This document shows, piece by piece, positions 40,039 to 52,617 of a DNA stretch of 64,000 nt; within the stretch, counting starts at the first letter, position 1; each line of letters opens with the position of its first letter. Below the pieces are notes generated by a model. It worked only from the letters and a program-made list of their open reading frames with translations. It did not search any database and was not told where the DNA came from. Location: NCBI GenBank assembly GCA_002245135.1, contig NGBS01000589.1, forward strand, positions 62,001 to 126,000, given 5' to 3'. The translations under genes were made by a program, and so were the position numbers. The DNA is from Proteromonas lacertae (Eukaryota).

Positions 40039-40576
40039 AAAAACAATAATTTATAACTGAAAAACGAAAAACGGATCTTTTTTTTTGTGTATTTCAACAC
40101 ACGATTTATTCATATCCAAAAGTTTTATTAATATAATTTTGTTATGAATGATTTATTTATATAGGAATATATAATGTCAAAATAAAACAAGCGCTGTTAT
40201 ACTTATTTTAGATCTGTATATAATGTATATACCAAAATAACATAGATATTATCGATTTTAAATTACTTCTACTGATATTTAGTCAAATATAAGAAAATAG
40301 GCAATTTGATTAAGCTAAGCTAAAATGTATTTTTTAATTTGTAGCATTATTAATAAAGAAGAAGAAGAAAAATACATGATATGATAATTAGTAATTAAAA
40401 TGAATAATTAATGTTAATTAACATTTATGATTATTGTTTTTGAATTGTTTTTGTTTATTATTTATATATTTAATAAGGATTGAAACATAAGTCACTTCTT
40501 TTAAGGGAGCAAAACTCCCCATTTTTTAAAAAGAATTTAATAAAATAAAATATAAGAAATAGCTTAATTATGGATG

Positions 40577-41208
40577 TTAATTGTTGTTCCCCGTATGGCG
40601 GAAATCTATATTGCAGAATGATTCAATCAAAACTAATATGATATTCATGATGTTCGGAGTTAGTTATTAACAAATATATAGTTAGTTTGTCATATAAGCT
40701 ACATCTGTGATATACTTTTTTATGAACTTCATTATTATCAATATTAAACTAATTTTTGTATATTTTCTATTTTAATGTATCAGTCACTAATACAGTCTAA
40801 AATACATTATCTGATATGAATAGAATACATTATTTTTAATGTTAATGTAATAAAAAAGGAAATTAAAGAGCAGGCTTGAGTGAGGCTTGAACTTCTTTTT
40901 TCTTTTTTCTTTTTTAACCACCTTAACATTAAAAATAATGTATTCTATTCATATCAGATAATGTATTTTAGACTGTATTAGTGACTGATACATTAAAATA
41001 GAAAATATACAAAAATTAGTTTAATATTGATAATAATGAAGTTCATAAAAAAGTATATCACAGATGTAGCTCATATGACAAACTAACTATATATTTGTTA
41101 ATAACTAACTCCGAACATCATGAATATCATATTAGTTTTGATTGAATCATTCTGCAATATAGATTTCCGCCATACGGGGATTTCCGCCATACGGGGAACA
41201 ACAGTTAA
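40577..41208. repeat. Long near-perfect inverted repeat (arms 40577-40845 and 40923-41208, 77-bp spacer)
   Basis: Direct reverse-complement comparison shows two substitutions plus a 17-bp tandem duplication (gatttccgccatacggg at 41162-41178 and 41179-41195) in the right arm. Confidence 0.95.
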
Positions 41209-41874
41209 TAACACACATTAGATTGACTTTATTCAATAAGTATTTGATTAAAACTATCAAGTATAATTTATTATAATATTGTATATGATCTGCAAGTAAT
41301 ATAGCTTCGTTGATAACATATTCTATTCACTTTCAGAAGTTTTAGAAATATCAGTATTGCTATCACTATCACTAATATCAATATTATTAAACTTTAAATC
41401 AAAATTTATTCTAAACTCATGTTTGACGTTATCTATATATATAAGATTGAATGTTTATTATAAGTTAATTACACTTATTACATTCTATCCACATATTTAA
41501 ACTGTTGAAAGTTAATACTGCTAATTCCTTATCATGAATGACATATTTTATATTTCTATTGCTGTTTAGCTTTTGATATATGAAAATATAGGTTTTCTTT
41601 TTTTAATATTTTGTTATAGCAAAAGCTACAAGAATTAATAATGATGGTAAATATTTTATGTATATTGAGTATAGTTGTTGGTTATTGATGAATACTCCAA
41701 ATGTCCCATTTCAAAAGATTGTGTTATATATTTCCATTCTAAATTTATCTATTAAAACAATTCTTTCATTACCTTTCTGGTAATAATTAGCTTACAAGGA
41801 ATAAAAAGAATTATTTTTTCTAAAATGTTAAAAAGCTTGGCTTGGTTTTTTCAGTTTTTTTAATTTTTTGAAAA

Positions 41875-44800
41875 ATGTCACAAAAAGGGTCTGAATTATT
41901 CCCTGATGTACATCTCAAAATGAGTAAAAAGATTGCTCAGCTTACAAAAGTCATATATCATCTCAATACAAAGAACGATGATCATGATTTAGAAATATCA
42001 AAACTAAACGAAAGACATCAAGGTGAAATACAGCAAATACTCAGAGATGCTGCAGCTAAAGTTAATCAATTTAAAGGAATGCTTGATGCTAGACAAGTTT
42101 GTTTTCTGTTGATTATATATTAAAATAGGAAACAGCGAAAATAGCAGAGCAACTCAAAAACGTTCAAAATGCGTATGAAAAAGAAAAACAGAAAGCCATT
42201 GACGAACTAGACAAATTCAAACAAACAGTTGAACAGAAAGATGAAGAAACCGAGAAATTACATAAAATAAAAATAAATCAAATGAGAAGAGAAGTAGATC
42301 AGATGAAAGAGCAATTTCAAACCAAATTAAACCAATTCATTGAATTCCAAAAGCTAATGGAGAAAAACAATAATTTAACATCTTCAGAGATTGATAAATT
42401 AAAGAAAAGTCATCAAACTGAAGTAGATAATTTAGTAAAAGAATATAATGATAAATACAATAACATGTTGAATGAAAAACTAAATGAATTAGAAAATCAA
42501 TCTGCAAGATATGAAAATGAAATGAAAAGATTGAGAGATAATTTTCAGAATGAAATAAATGAATTAAAGAAAAGACATGAAAATGAACTTCAAGATTTAA
42601 GTCAAAATGCAAATAATGATGTTGAAAATAGAATCAAACAAATTGTATAATTATAAATATTATATATATATATATAGAATGAGAGACATAATAAAGAAAT
42701 AAACGAATTAAGAACACAAATGCAAGAAAAAGTGAATAATTTACTACAACAAATCCAAAATTTAAAAACTCAAAATGACATATTAAACAGTGATAAACAA
42801 TCATTAGAAAGACAAATAGAACAATTGCAAAATGAAATAAAAGATTTACAATTCAAATTACAAATGGAAGCAGAAGCAAAGGAGCAATTAGAGAAGATGA
42901 GTGGTTCAAGTTTAGACGAAGCGAAAGCAGCAGTAACTGCAAGAGAGAAAGAAAATAAGATATTAGCAGCGAAAATTGAGGAATTGTGTCAGGAATTAGA
43001 TAAGAAAAAGAATGAAATACAATTGTTGAATGAAACTATAAATGAATTACAGCAAACATTGAATAAGGAAAGATCACAAAGTTCAAATGTATTTTTATTG
43101 TATTTTCATTATATTTTTATAGTTAAATGATGCTATAAGTGAAATACGAATAGAAATGAACAAACAAATTGAAAAATTAAAACAAACAATTGAAAAACAG
43201 CGTTTAGAAATTGAAAAACTAAATCAAGAATTGAAAAAGAGTAAAAATGAGAATGATAAATTGATTGCTGATTATACACAACAAATAAAAGACTTAAAAA
43301 CAAAAATTGAAACACTTTCAGTTGAATTAGCAGTATCATTTATTGATTATCATTATTTATTAAAATAGACAAAACAAATGGAGATGGCGAATAGTAATCA
43401 AAGCACAAACACAGTTATACAAAACTTAAATAAACAATTATCAGATTATAAATCTCAATTAGAAGAAATGACACAAAAATACAATGAATTAAAAGAATCG
43501 AGTGAAAATGAAATTAAAGAGTTAAAAACAAAGATAACAGAATTAGAAGAATTATTAAAGAATAATGAATTACAATATCAGAATGAAAATAGAATGTTAA
43601 ATGAAACTTATACTAAACAAATCGAAGACTTGAAGAACAAATATGAAAAAGAAATAAAGCTACTCACTGATAAATATGAAAGTGAAAAATCTTCCAGTGA
43701 AAATGATAACATTGAGAAAATAAGATGTTTAAATCAAAATATTGAAGAATTGAATAAACAGATGGAAGATATGAAAGTAGAATATCAAAGTATAAATAAT
43801 ATGTTATAATTATTGTTATTTTAAATAGGACAAATTGATGATTTAAATGCACAAATCAACGAATTGTTCAACAAGAATCAATCATTAGAGAATCAATTAG
43901 TAGAAAATACTAAGAATTCATTATTATCAAAGAATCAAGAGTTATCAAAAATGAAAGCTGAATTTGAGAGAGAAAAAGAAAGAGATTTGATGAATTTACA
44001 ATTGAGTTTAGAATCAAAATATAAACAAGAAATTGAAGCAATCAAAAGAGAATTTGAAAATAAGAAAATGTCTTTAGAAAGTGAATTAAGAGAAAAACTG
44101 TCAAATTTGAGCAACCACAGTTCAGAAATAACTAAGAAATACGAGGAAGAAATAAAAGGATTAAAAGGCAAAATAAATGAATTAAATATGGAAATAGAAA
44201 AGTTGAAGAAATCACATCAAAATGAAGTAAATGAGATTGAAAATAGACATAAAAAAGTGTTTGAGGATTTGGAAAATACACACAAGAAAGATTTAATAAA
44301 TAAAGAGAATGAAATGAAAGAAAAATATGAAACAATGTTAGACAATTTAACCAAAAATAATGGTTCAAAAATTGATGAATTGAAGTTAAAAATAAAAGAA
44401 TTAGAGAGTAGATATAATGATGAAATAAATAAGTTGAAAAATGACAGTGCAAAGACAATGAAAGATTCATTGGAAACACTGAAAATAAAACATGAAAAAG
44501 AGATAAAAGAGTTAGAAGAAAGATATAAAAAAGAAAGTGAGAACAAAGTCAATAATTTAACCAAAGAATATGAATCAAAGATATTGAAATTGAATAGTGA
44601 TTTAGATCAATCAAACACAAAAATAACTGAACTAACATCGAAATTAAGTGATTTAGAAACAAGTTACAATATACTTCAAAAAGATTACGAAGAGTTAAAA
44701 GAATCATCGACAAATAAATACAATAAATTAAAAGAAGAGATGGATAAAAAACTAAACAATTTAAGAATTGCACAAAAAGAAGAATTAGATAGAATAATGG

Positions 44801-45165
44801 AAGAAAATATCCACGAAACTCACGCTCTACAAGAAGAATTTGAAAATACAAAGAGTTTAATGAATGAACAATACAATCAATTGAAAAGTGAATATGATAA
44901 ATTGAAGAAGAGATTTGATAATAGAGAATCAAGAGAAGAAGATATAGCTGAGATTCATAAATTGAAAAGATTAGTGAAAGAGAAAGATGAATTAGTGAAA
45001 AAGACACAAGAAGATATGAAATACTTTAAATTGGAATTGTTAAATCGTGAAGAAAACTTTAATAAATTGTTTGGTAAAAGTCCAAATGTTGGAGTGATGA
45101 ATGTAATTCCTGATAATGGTGGAATGGCTGCTGTTACTGGTAAGAAAACCAAACGAAATAAATAG
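41875..45165 (+). CDS. FAM184: FAM184A/B-like long coiled-coil protein
   Basis: N-terminal HLKMSKKIAQLTKVIYHLNTKNDDH and C-terminal KLELLNREENFNKLFGKSPNVGV, with heptad coiled coil in between and several short introns. Confidence 0.85.
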
Positions 45166-45531
45166 AAGATTTTGTATAGTAATAGATTCTTATTTTGGTT
45201 GTTGTAGTTGTTGATTATAATTTTATTAAACAATAATACTTGATTTCATCCAGACTATTTTATAATTATTATAACACACAAGTAAAAGAAATATTTAGTA
45301 GATGGAATAAGAGTGGGATCTGACACTTGCATTGTTCTGATTGTAATTCAAGTTGCATTTCTAATCAGCATGTATTTTTGTTTATTAAATCAAGCAATAT
45401 TCATATTTTCTATTAGTAGTTTAATTTATAAGAATATTTATTGGTTGAAATAGGTTTGATTGATCAAACATAAATCATCTCAAAACCTATTTTATAGTGT
45501 CTAGAAGAAGTTTGTTGGGTAATCATTAGAA

Positions 45532-48500
45532 ATGAAAAGAAAGGCAGCAGAAGATCTACAGAATTTATTAAAGAGTCAGTTATTTGAAGTAATAACTTAC
45601 AATTTTTACTCAATTTTGGCTATACTTGTGTCTAGCGGTGTTAATGTGGATGAAATATGTAATGATAGAATGAAAATGGTTTTTTCAGGTGTATTCAAAA
45701 CCACTAGTAGATTTGATGAGAATTCTATATCATTCTTATTTTACTAATGAAATCCGTCATATCGTTAATGAAGAAGAAGTAGAATATTTAGTTAAAACAA
45801 TTTAAGATAATAAAGACAGGATTATACTTGCAGATGGTGTTTTTGATGATTTCATAAAAATTATGGTGAATTTATTTAAATTTATTGAAGAAAATAGTTG
45901 TGATGTAGAAAGATATGAAAAAATTAAAAATGATTTAAAAATAACATGCAGTAGTATAGAAAAGATGTTTAAAAATGAAATAGATGGAATAATTGGACAA
46001 CAAGTAGAAGCTGTAATAAAAAAGGGAGATGAAAATGAAAGGAAAGATGAAGAAGACAGCTTTATATCAATTTTTAATAATTTATCTTCAGTAGAAGATA
46101 ATGTACTAAAGTTCAGCAACGCAGATATTTATCAATACCCAAATAAAACTATATATATACGAAGTTGCTATATAGAAACATTGTTGGATATAATTACACT
46201 ATCAAATGTTAAGAAAGTCTTTATAGTAGAAGGCCAACCTGGTATAGGGAAGACTTCCTTTTTGTTTTATTTCTTTAATGAAATTGTTTCTGGATTAAAT
46301 TTTAAAAGATTAAAGAAAAGAAAGAATGAATACTATGATGGATTGATAAATAGAGTTAATGAAGAAAAACAATTAGCATCAGAAGAGATAAGAAAAATCA
46401 ATAACAGAATTGGAAAAATAGATGAGGAAAAAGAAAAATATAAAGAAGATGATTTGGAAGAAATAATGAATAACATACTAGAACTGATAAACCAGAAAGT
46501 TCAGATTCTTGAGAGAGAGAATGAAAACTATGATAATTATTATAATCAATTAACATTAACAGAAATTGCAAAAATTGAAAATGTAATTAATGATGTATTG
46601 GAAAACAATATTACAAAAATATCAAAAGAAATAAATAAAAAAAAGAAAAATAGATTACAGGATGAATTGTTATTAGCTAAGAAAATAAAATATTATAGAA
46701 ACAAAATAGAAAGATATTTTTATCAATTTAGAATTTTGTCATCATCAGAAAGAGGGGAAGAAGTGTATGATAAACTTAAAGAAACTTCATCAAAGTTGTT
46801 TAAATTTGTGGAATATGAATATTACGAACAGAATCTAACACAAGATGATTTTGCTTCTAGTGTTAGAAGAATTACCAATCTATTAAACGAGGTTCAAAAT
46901 AACATAAATAATTACAATTTATACTTAGCAAAATATAATAAATACAATAATGAAATAGAAATAATGAAACAAGAATTAAATAATGAAAAGAGAAAATATG
47001 AAAAGATAATAGAAGAATGCAATATAACTATAATACAATTGAATGATAAAAAGAATGAAGAATTGAATGAATATGATATTCAATCGAAGTATGATGCAAA
47101 TATCAAACAACAAATAGATAATTCTAATTTATTTATTGTAAAAGCTTCAAAAGGAGGAAATCCAGTGATTATTTATCAATATGACTCAGAGACTAAAAGA
47201 TTTGAAAAAGCAGAATTAAAAAACATTATTAATAATGCATTAGTCCTCACTGATACATATGGTTATATCAATCAAACTAACAAATTAATTATCTCCGTAT
47301 GTTCTCCTGATAATGAGAATAAAAAGAATTATAGTAAATTAATATCATCACAATATTTGTACTTTGATACTTTTGGAGATGATGAATTGCCTACTTGGTT
47401 CGACAAATGTATAAAGAGAGAAGGAGATATAAATCCTTCGCAAGAAGATTTCAATAAGGTTGCAAAAATGTATGGTAATGTTCCACGCCAAATACATTAT
47501 CATTTTAGGGATAATATATTAGGAGGTGATTATTGGCATTACTATGAACAGTTGATATTAAGTGTTGTTGGAACCACAGGATTTATGCGATTTATGAACG
47601 ATTATTCTAGAAAAGAGAATCTCTCCACAAATCCATTAAGTAATATTATACTTAAATACAAAATGAGGATAAATGAAGAAGGAAGAATAGAACCAAAAGA
47701 AGAATTAGAATTTGTGTCGAATCACATATCTTTATATGTTACATCAATAATCCAATTACCTGATAATATAGATGAATATACAACAATATTTGATTATTAC
47801 AACAATAATGATATAGGTAATGAATATGTAAAGAAAATGTTAATAAAACAAATTTTTGCTTATAGAATAGCAACAAATGTAATTCAGATCAATACAAATA
47901 CTAAACATTTTTTAGATATTCAAATTCCATATGCAGTATATTATACTCCAGTCGAAAGTACAAGAACAATTAAATATATAATGAACAATAATGACAATGA
48001 ATTTGACTATTTAGTTAACAATGTATTTGTTAAAATAGTGGATGATGAAAGTAATAATGTTGAAGAGATAGTAAAAGAAATTGTGAATGATAGAGAATAT
48101 TATAATCATATTGAAAAAGTAGAGTATGTAATATTATATACATCTGACTTGAATAAAGAAGATTTATCATTAAATCCGTTAGTGTTAAAACTAGATAATG
48201 AAAGAGATATGAATGAAGATGATGAAAATAATCAACCACAAATCGTTCCATCAAATACAACTCAATATGAAAGAATACAACTTATTAATGGAATGGTATC
48301 AAAAGTAATGAGTAAAGATTATCCTTTCAATGCATCAATAACAGAATTTAATGACTATTCAAAGAAATTAGGATGTTTTATTTACGAGAATCAATTATAT
48401 CTATTTAGGAACTGTTATAAAGGAATTATTCAAAAAATAGAAGAACATGATAGAAATTATATAATTTATGGTATAGAAGGAAGTGGAAAAAGAGTCTTAT

Positions 48501-49426
48501 CAGAATTATTATATTATTATTATGTATTACAGAACCAATATAATGTGTTATTAATAACAAGGAATGTAAATGACAAGGAAACTAAGAAATATTTCTATGC
48601 TAAAAAGAATATCAATGTTTCTATTGCTTCAGATAAACAGATAATTCCAGAAAAGCCTTATATAGTAATTGCATACAATGAGGTTTTAGGTGAAGATAGC
48701 TATTCTGATGCTGTCAAAATAATAGTATTGTTTAATACTTCTGATCAAAATATCAAGACATTTCAAAGTAAAAGATGTCCTTCAATTCTATATTTAAGTC
48801 CATTTGATGATGAAGAAGTAAAAAAATATGTATTACTGAGAAGAGATAGTAACAGTACCTATGAAATAGAAAAATTAAAAAGGTATGGAAATATACCAGC
48901 TTATCTTGATTTATCAGAAACAACTATAGAAAACGACATAAAAAGTTCAGTAGTTAAATATTTAGAATTTGTAGAAGAGATGATAAATGGCGTAGAAAAA
49001 TCTCCTTTATCAAAGGAATATCCATCAAATATATTTATTTATCAAACAATTCCAAATGATGTATCAAAATCAAAGAAATTAGTTTTTATTTCTGAATATG
49101 TTAAAAAATTTGTTATAAAAGAGTATATAAAGATAAAGACAAATGGTGATGTAAATAGCATGATTGAATTATTCAAGTCGAATCAAAGAAAAAGATTAGG
49201 AGAATATTTGTATAAAGAGATTATCACAAAATTATTAACAAAAAACTAGAAATTTATTGAATATTTGCAAATGCAATTAGGATATAAAGTTGGAGTTAAC
49301 GATGTTACAGCTAAGGATTTACATGAAATTATTAATGAATTGAATAATAATATTTCCAATACAAATACAATCAATTTCACAGATTATAGTAATGTTGATA
49401 ATCTGAGATGGAATAAGGAAGGATAA
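45532..49426 (+). pseudogene. Crinkler/RHS-type P-loop NTPase gene, apparently disrupted (intact ORF 45863-49249)
   Basis: VEGQPGIGKTSFLFYFF, CSPD and YGNVPR; second degenerate unit IYGIEGSGKR...YGNIPAY. Apparent frameshift near 45740, in-frame TAA at 45803-45805, and TAG at 49247-49249 followed by 58 more open codons. Confidence 0.6.
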
Positions 49427-49786
49427 AGAACAAGTTGACAGTAAAGTGTTATTCTCTAAGAATTTTAATATAGTTTTAACCGTCTCAGTTTTATTTTAGC
49501 TAAGTATTTTCAAATCTACTTCGTTACTACTCCTTTTCACTCTCTTAGATATCTATAAATATATGACATACGAAATACTTTAGCATTAGATGGTAATATT
49601 GATGATAATACATCATTTACAAAAGATTTTAAAAAATATAATAATGTGGGGTTTGAAAACTTATAGTCGTTATGTATTTTCACTTTTTTATATAATTTCT
49701 CAAATAATTCTCATTTAAGTATTTTTCATATACTCACAAATACACAAACAAACAAATAACACATCAAAAATAAAAACAATACAAAA

Positions 49787-51040
49787 TTAACTTGAAGTAG
49801 TATTATTTGAATTACTATCACTTGTAGTAGTAGTTGTTCTTGTTGTATTAGTTGTATTATTCAATAAATTAGAAAGTGAATGAATGGTTCTAGTAACAGG
49901 ACCTACAATACTAATTATACTTCTACTATTTCGATTATTATTATTTCCATCATTTAACAATAATCTACTTATCTCTCTACTTGTATTTGATATTCCTATT
50001 AATGATTCATTAACTAAACTTAATATTTCATTCGTTATTATATTATTATTAGAGTTTAATAACAGTATTGATGATAGTCTGTATAATACTGGAATAATTT
50101 CACTTATTATTAATATAAATTCATTACATAACTTGTATAATAACTAAATATTAATAAATAATTTTAATATTATATATATATACTTCATTTCCAGATAGAT
50201 TATTATTATTATTATTATTATTCAATTGGATATTCTGCATCAATCTGTTTATATTATTTTCAGTATTTTGTAGTGATTGTGAGATATTTGAATAATCATT
50301 ATTATTGATTTGTATTGTAGAGGATTCAATTACATTATTCTGATGATTATTTTGAGTATTTCTATTAGCTGTATTAGTAGATGTTGTTGTTGTTGGTGGT
50401 GGTAATGGTGATGATGATGATGTTGTTGTTGATGATGATGATGACAGTGGTGGAGGTGGCTCGTTAGATTGTGATTGATTGGAAGATGGATTATTGATTG
50501 TTCTTACATTTATATGCGAAGAGTGAGTAAAATTAACAGGTTGACCATTGGTATTAGCTATTATTGTTGGAGTAGTACCTGAGTCGAGATTTAGATTAGA
50601 AAGTACATCATGTAATATTTCGTCTAAATTTAAATTGGGTACTTCATCATCTCCAGCTTCTACATTAACAACGACAGGAATACTACGTACTTCTACATTC
50701 TATATATATAATTAACAATAAATAAAAATACGCCTCCAGAATCATTATTCTGCTCATTAGTAGAGTCACTTGGAGGTGGCGATTGGTTCGGCTATCAATT
50801 ATAATCATATTTACATACATTTGTTTTAATTAAATGGACTGCACATTCATTGAACAATCCGACTTCTGACAAAACCTTGGAGTCTTGCAAAACCTGCCCT
50901 CCAAAGATTAGTTTCTGATTATTTGGTTCTATATGTAAAACTTCTTCAATTTTCTTCTTTAAATCTTCTACTTTCATACTACCTTCTATCTCTACGGTTA
51001 TAGGATTTGAGCCATCCAACGTTCTTATGTTGATTTTCAT
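49787..51040 (-). CDS. Ubiquitin-like domain protein (BAG6/Scythe-like N-terminus) with low-complexity tail
   Basis: MKINIRTLDG..ITVEI..VEDLKKKIEE..IEPNNQKLIFGGQVLQDSKVLSEVGL...VHLI. Confidence 0.78.
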
Positions 51041-51122
51041 TAATGCTTTTGAAATAGGGTGTGTCAGAATTTTCGAACCAACATTTTTTAAAACCCGCCA
51101 AACTAGAAATTGTTTTTTTCTC

Positions 51123-52270
51123 ATGTCTAGTGAGGAAGACACCGATTTTGAAGATTTTGAAGATATTTCGGATTCATTTAATGAGGATGAAGATGATGAA
51201 GAAGAGTATGTCATTCACTTTTTAAATCATTATTATTAGATTACTAAAATCAAGAAAATTAAAATCAAATTCTAAATGTATAATGCAATATTACTCTAAT
51301 AATAAAGTTACGACACCTAGTAAGAAAAAAACAAGTAGAAAAGCAGTACAATCAAAACTAGGTATGTCATTACATTCTAATATAATGCAATAGATGAGTC
51401 AGTAGATTTTTTATCTCCAATATCAGATCATCAACATAAATTTGGTTTAAGCGTATAAAATAGCTGTGATAATTTGTTTAGTCTGAGGATTCAGATGATG
51501 ATGATTCTATTCTAACTCCTTCCATAAAAAAGAAATCACCACAAAAGCAAATTAGATCAAATAGTAGTAAAAAAGATGTATTTATAGTATCAGATGATGA
51601 TGAAAAGCAGAGTTCAATTCAATCACTAAAAAAACCAACAAAAAGAGTAAATATAAAATCAGAAAATACAACAATATCAGAAGCAGAAAGTACAAATGAT
51701 ACAAAACAACCAAATATATTGCCATTAACACTATCAAAGCCAACGTCATCTTGTATTGTAGAATTAGTAGATAGTACTATTGATCTAAGTGGAGATAGTG
51801 GTATAATTGGTAAATTTGAATCAAAATCCAATGAAAATATTGTATTTGATATAAAAGGTCATAAATATTCAGGAAATTGCTATCCTATTTATTCTTGTAT
51901 GATAGTTAACAATGTGAGTAACAAATCTATGAAAATAGAGACAATAACTAATAAAATAATTAAATTGAAACATACTGAGAATGAATTGACTAATATAGCT
52001 GGTGTTATGGTTGAAGGCGACAATGATAATGTGTCTGATTATTGTAGCGATGATTCTGATGCTCAAAAAGGATGCAGTAACACAACAAATGCTTCACTGA
52101 AGAGAAAGAGAACAGCAAATGGTAAGAAAAAGGGCGATACAAGCAAAATTGAGAATGAAGAAGAAGAGGATGAAGATAAGCCTAAGAAAAAAACACCACG
52201 AAAAGCGAGTACTGCAAAGAAAGCTGCTCCAAAGAGGGCTGCTCCTAAAAAGAATGAAAAGAAAAAATAA
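51123..52270 (+). CDS. BIN4: BIN4/MIDGET-like DNA-binding protein (topoisomerase VI accessory subunit)
   Basis: LPLTLSK...IDLSGDSGIIGK...VFDIKGHKY...MIV...MKIETITNKIIKL resembles the conserved plant BIN4 C-terminal block (recalled, not searched). Acidic N-terminus and Lys-rich tail. Confidence 0.65.
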
Positions 52271-52617
52271 ATGTAGTTATTGTAACAAATCTTTTATTTA
52301 TTATTCATATATGTTTGCTTTGATGTCAATATGCTGACAGATGATGTTTATTATACGAAATAATGATTATGTATAATAGTTAAATATTTCTACATTCAAG
52401 CCTGATTTTCTAATCAAACTTCTGCTTTATCAATTTTTGCTCTTTTCTTGTTTTCTTAGCAATTTTTGTTGGTTTATAAAATTCCATATTTTTTATTTTA
52501 CTTGTATGAATAGTATTATATTATTTATCCCTCCTTATATTAATATGTTACATTATTACTATTCTTCTTTGTTATTCTTTTATGTTATTTTACTAGGTTA
52601 ACTAATAATTAAGATAA

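Noticed and set aside
41210..41600. Short coding-like stretch on the minus strand beside the inverted repeat (possible transposase relic)
   Set aside because: It is interrupted by stops and has no recognisable motif, so it cannot be supported.
45803..49249. In-frame TAA/TAG as evidence of stop-codon reassignment
   Set aside because: TAA, TAG and TGA all terminate conserved genes in this window (SDHB, DYNLT1, CAAX protease), so the lesions are better explained as pseudogenisation or sequence error.
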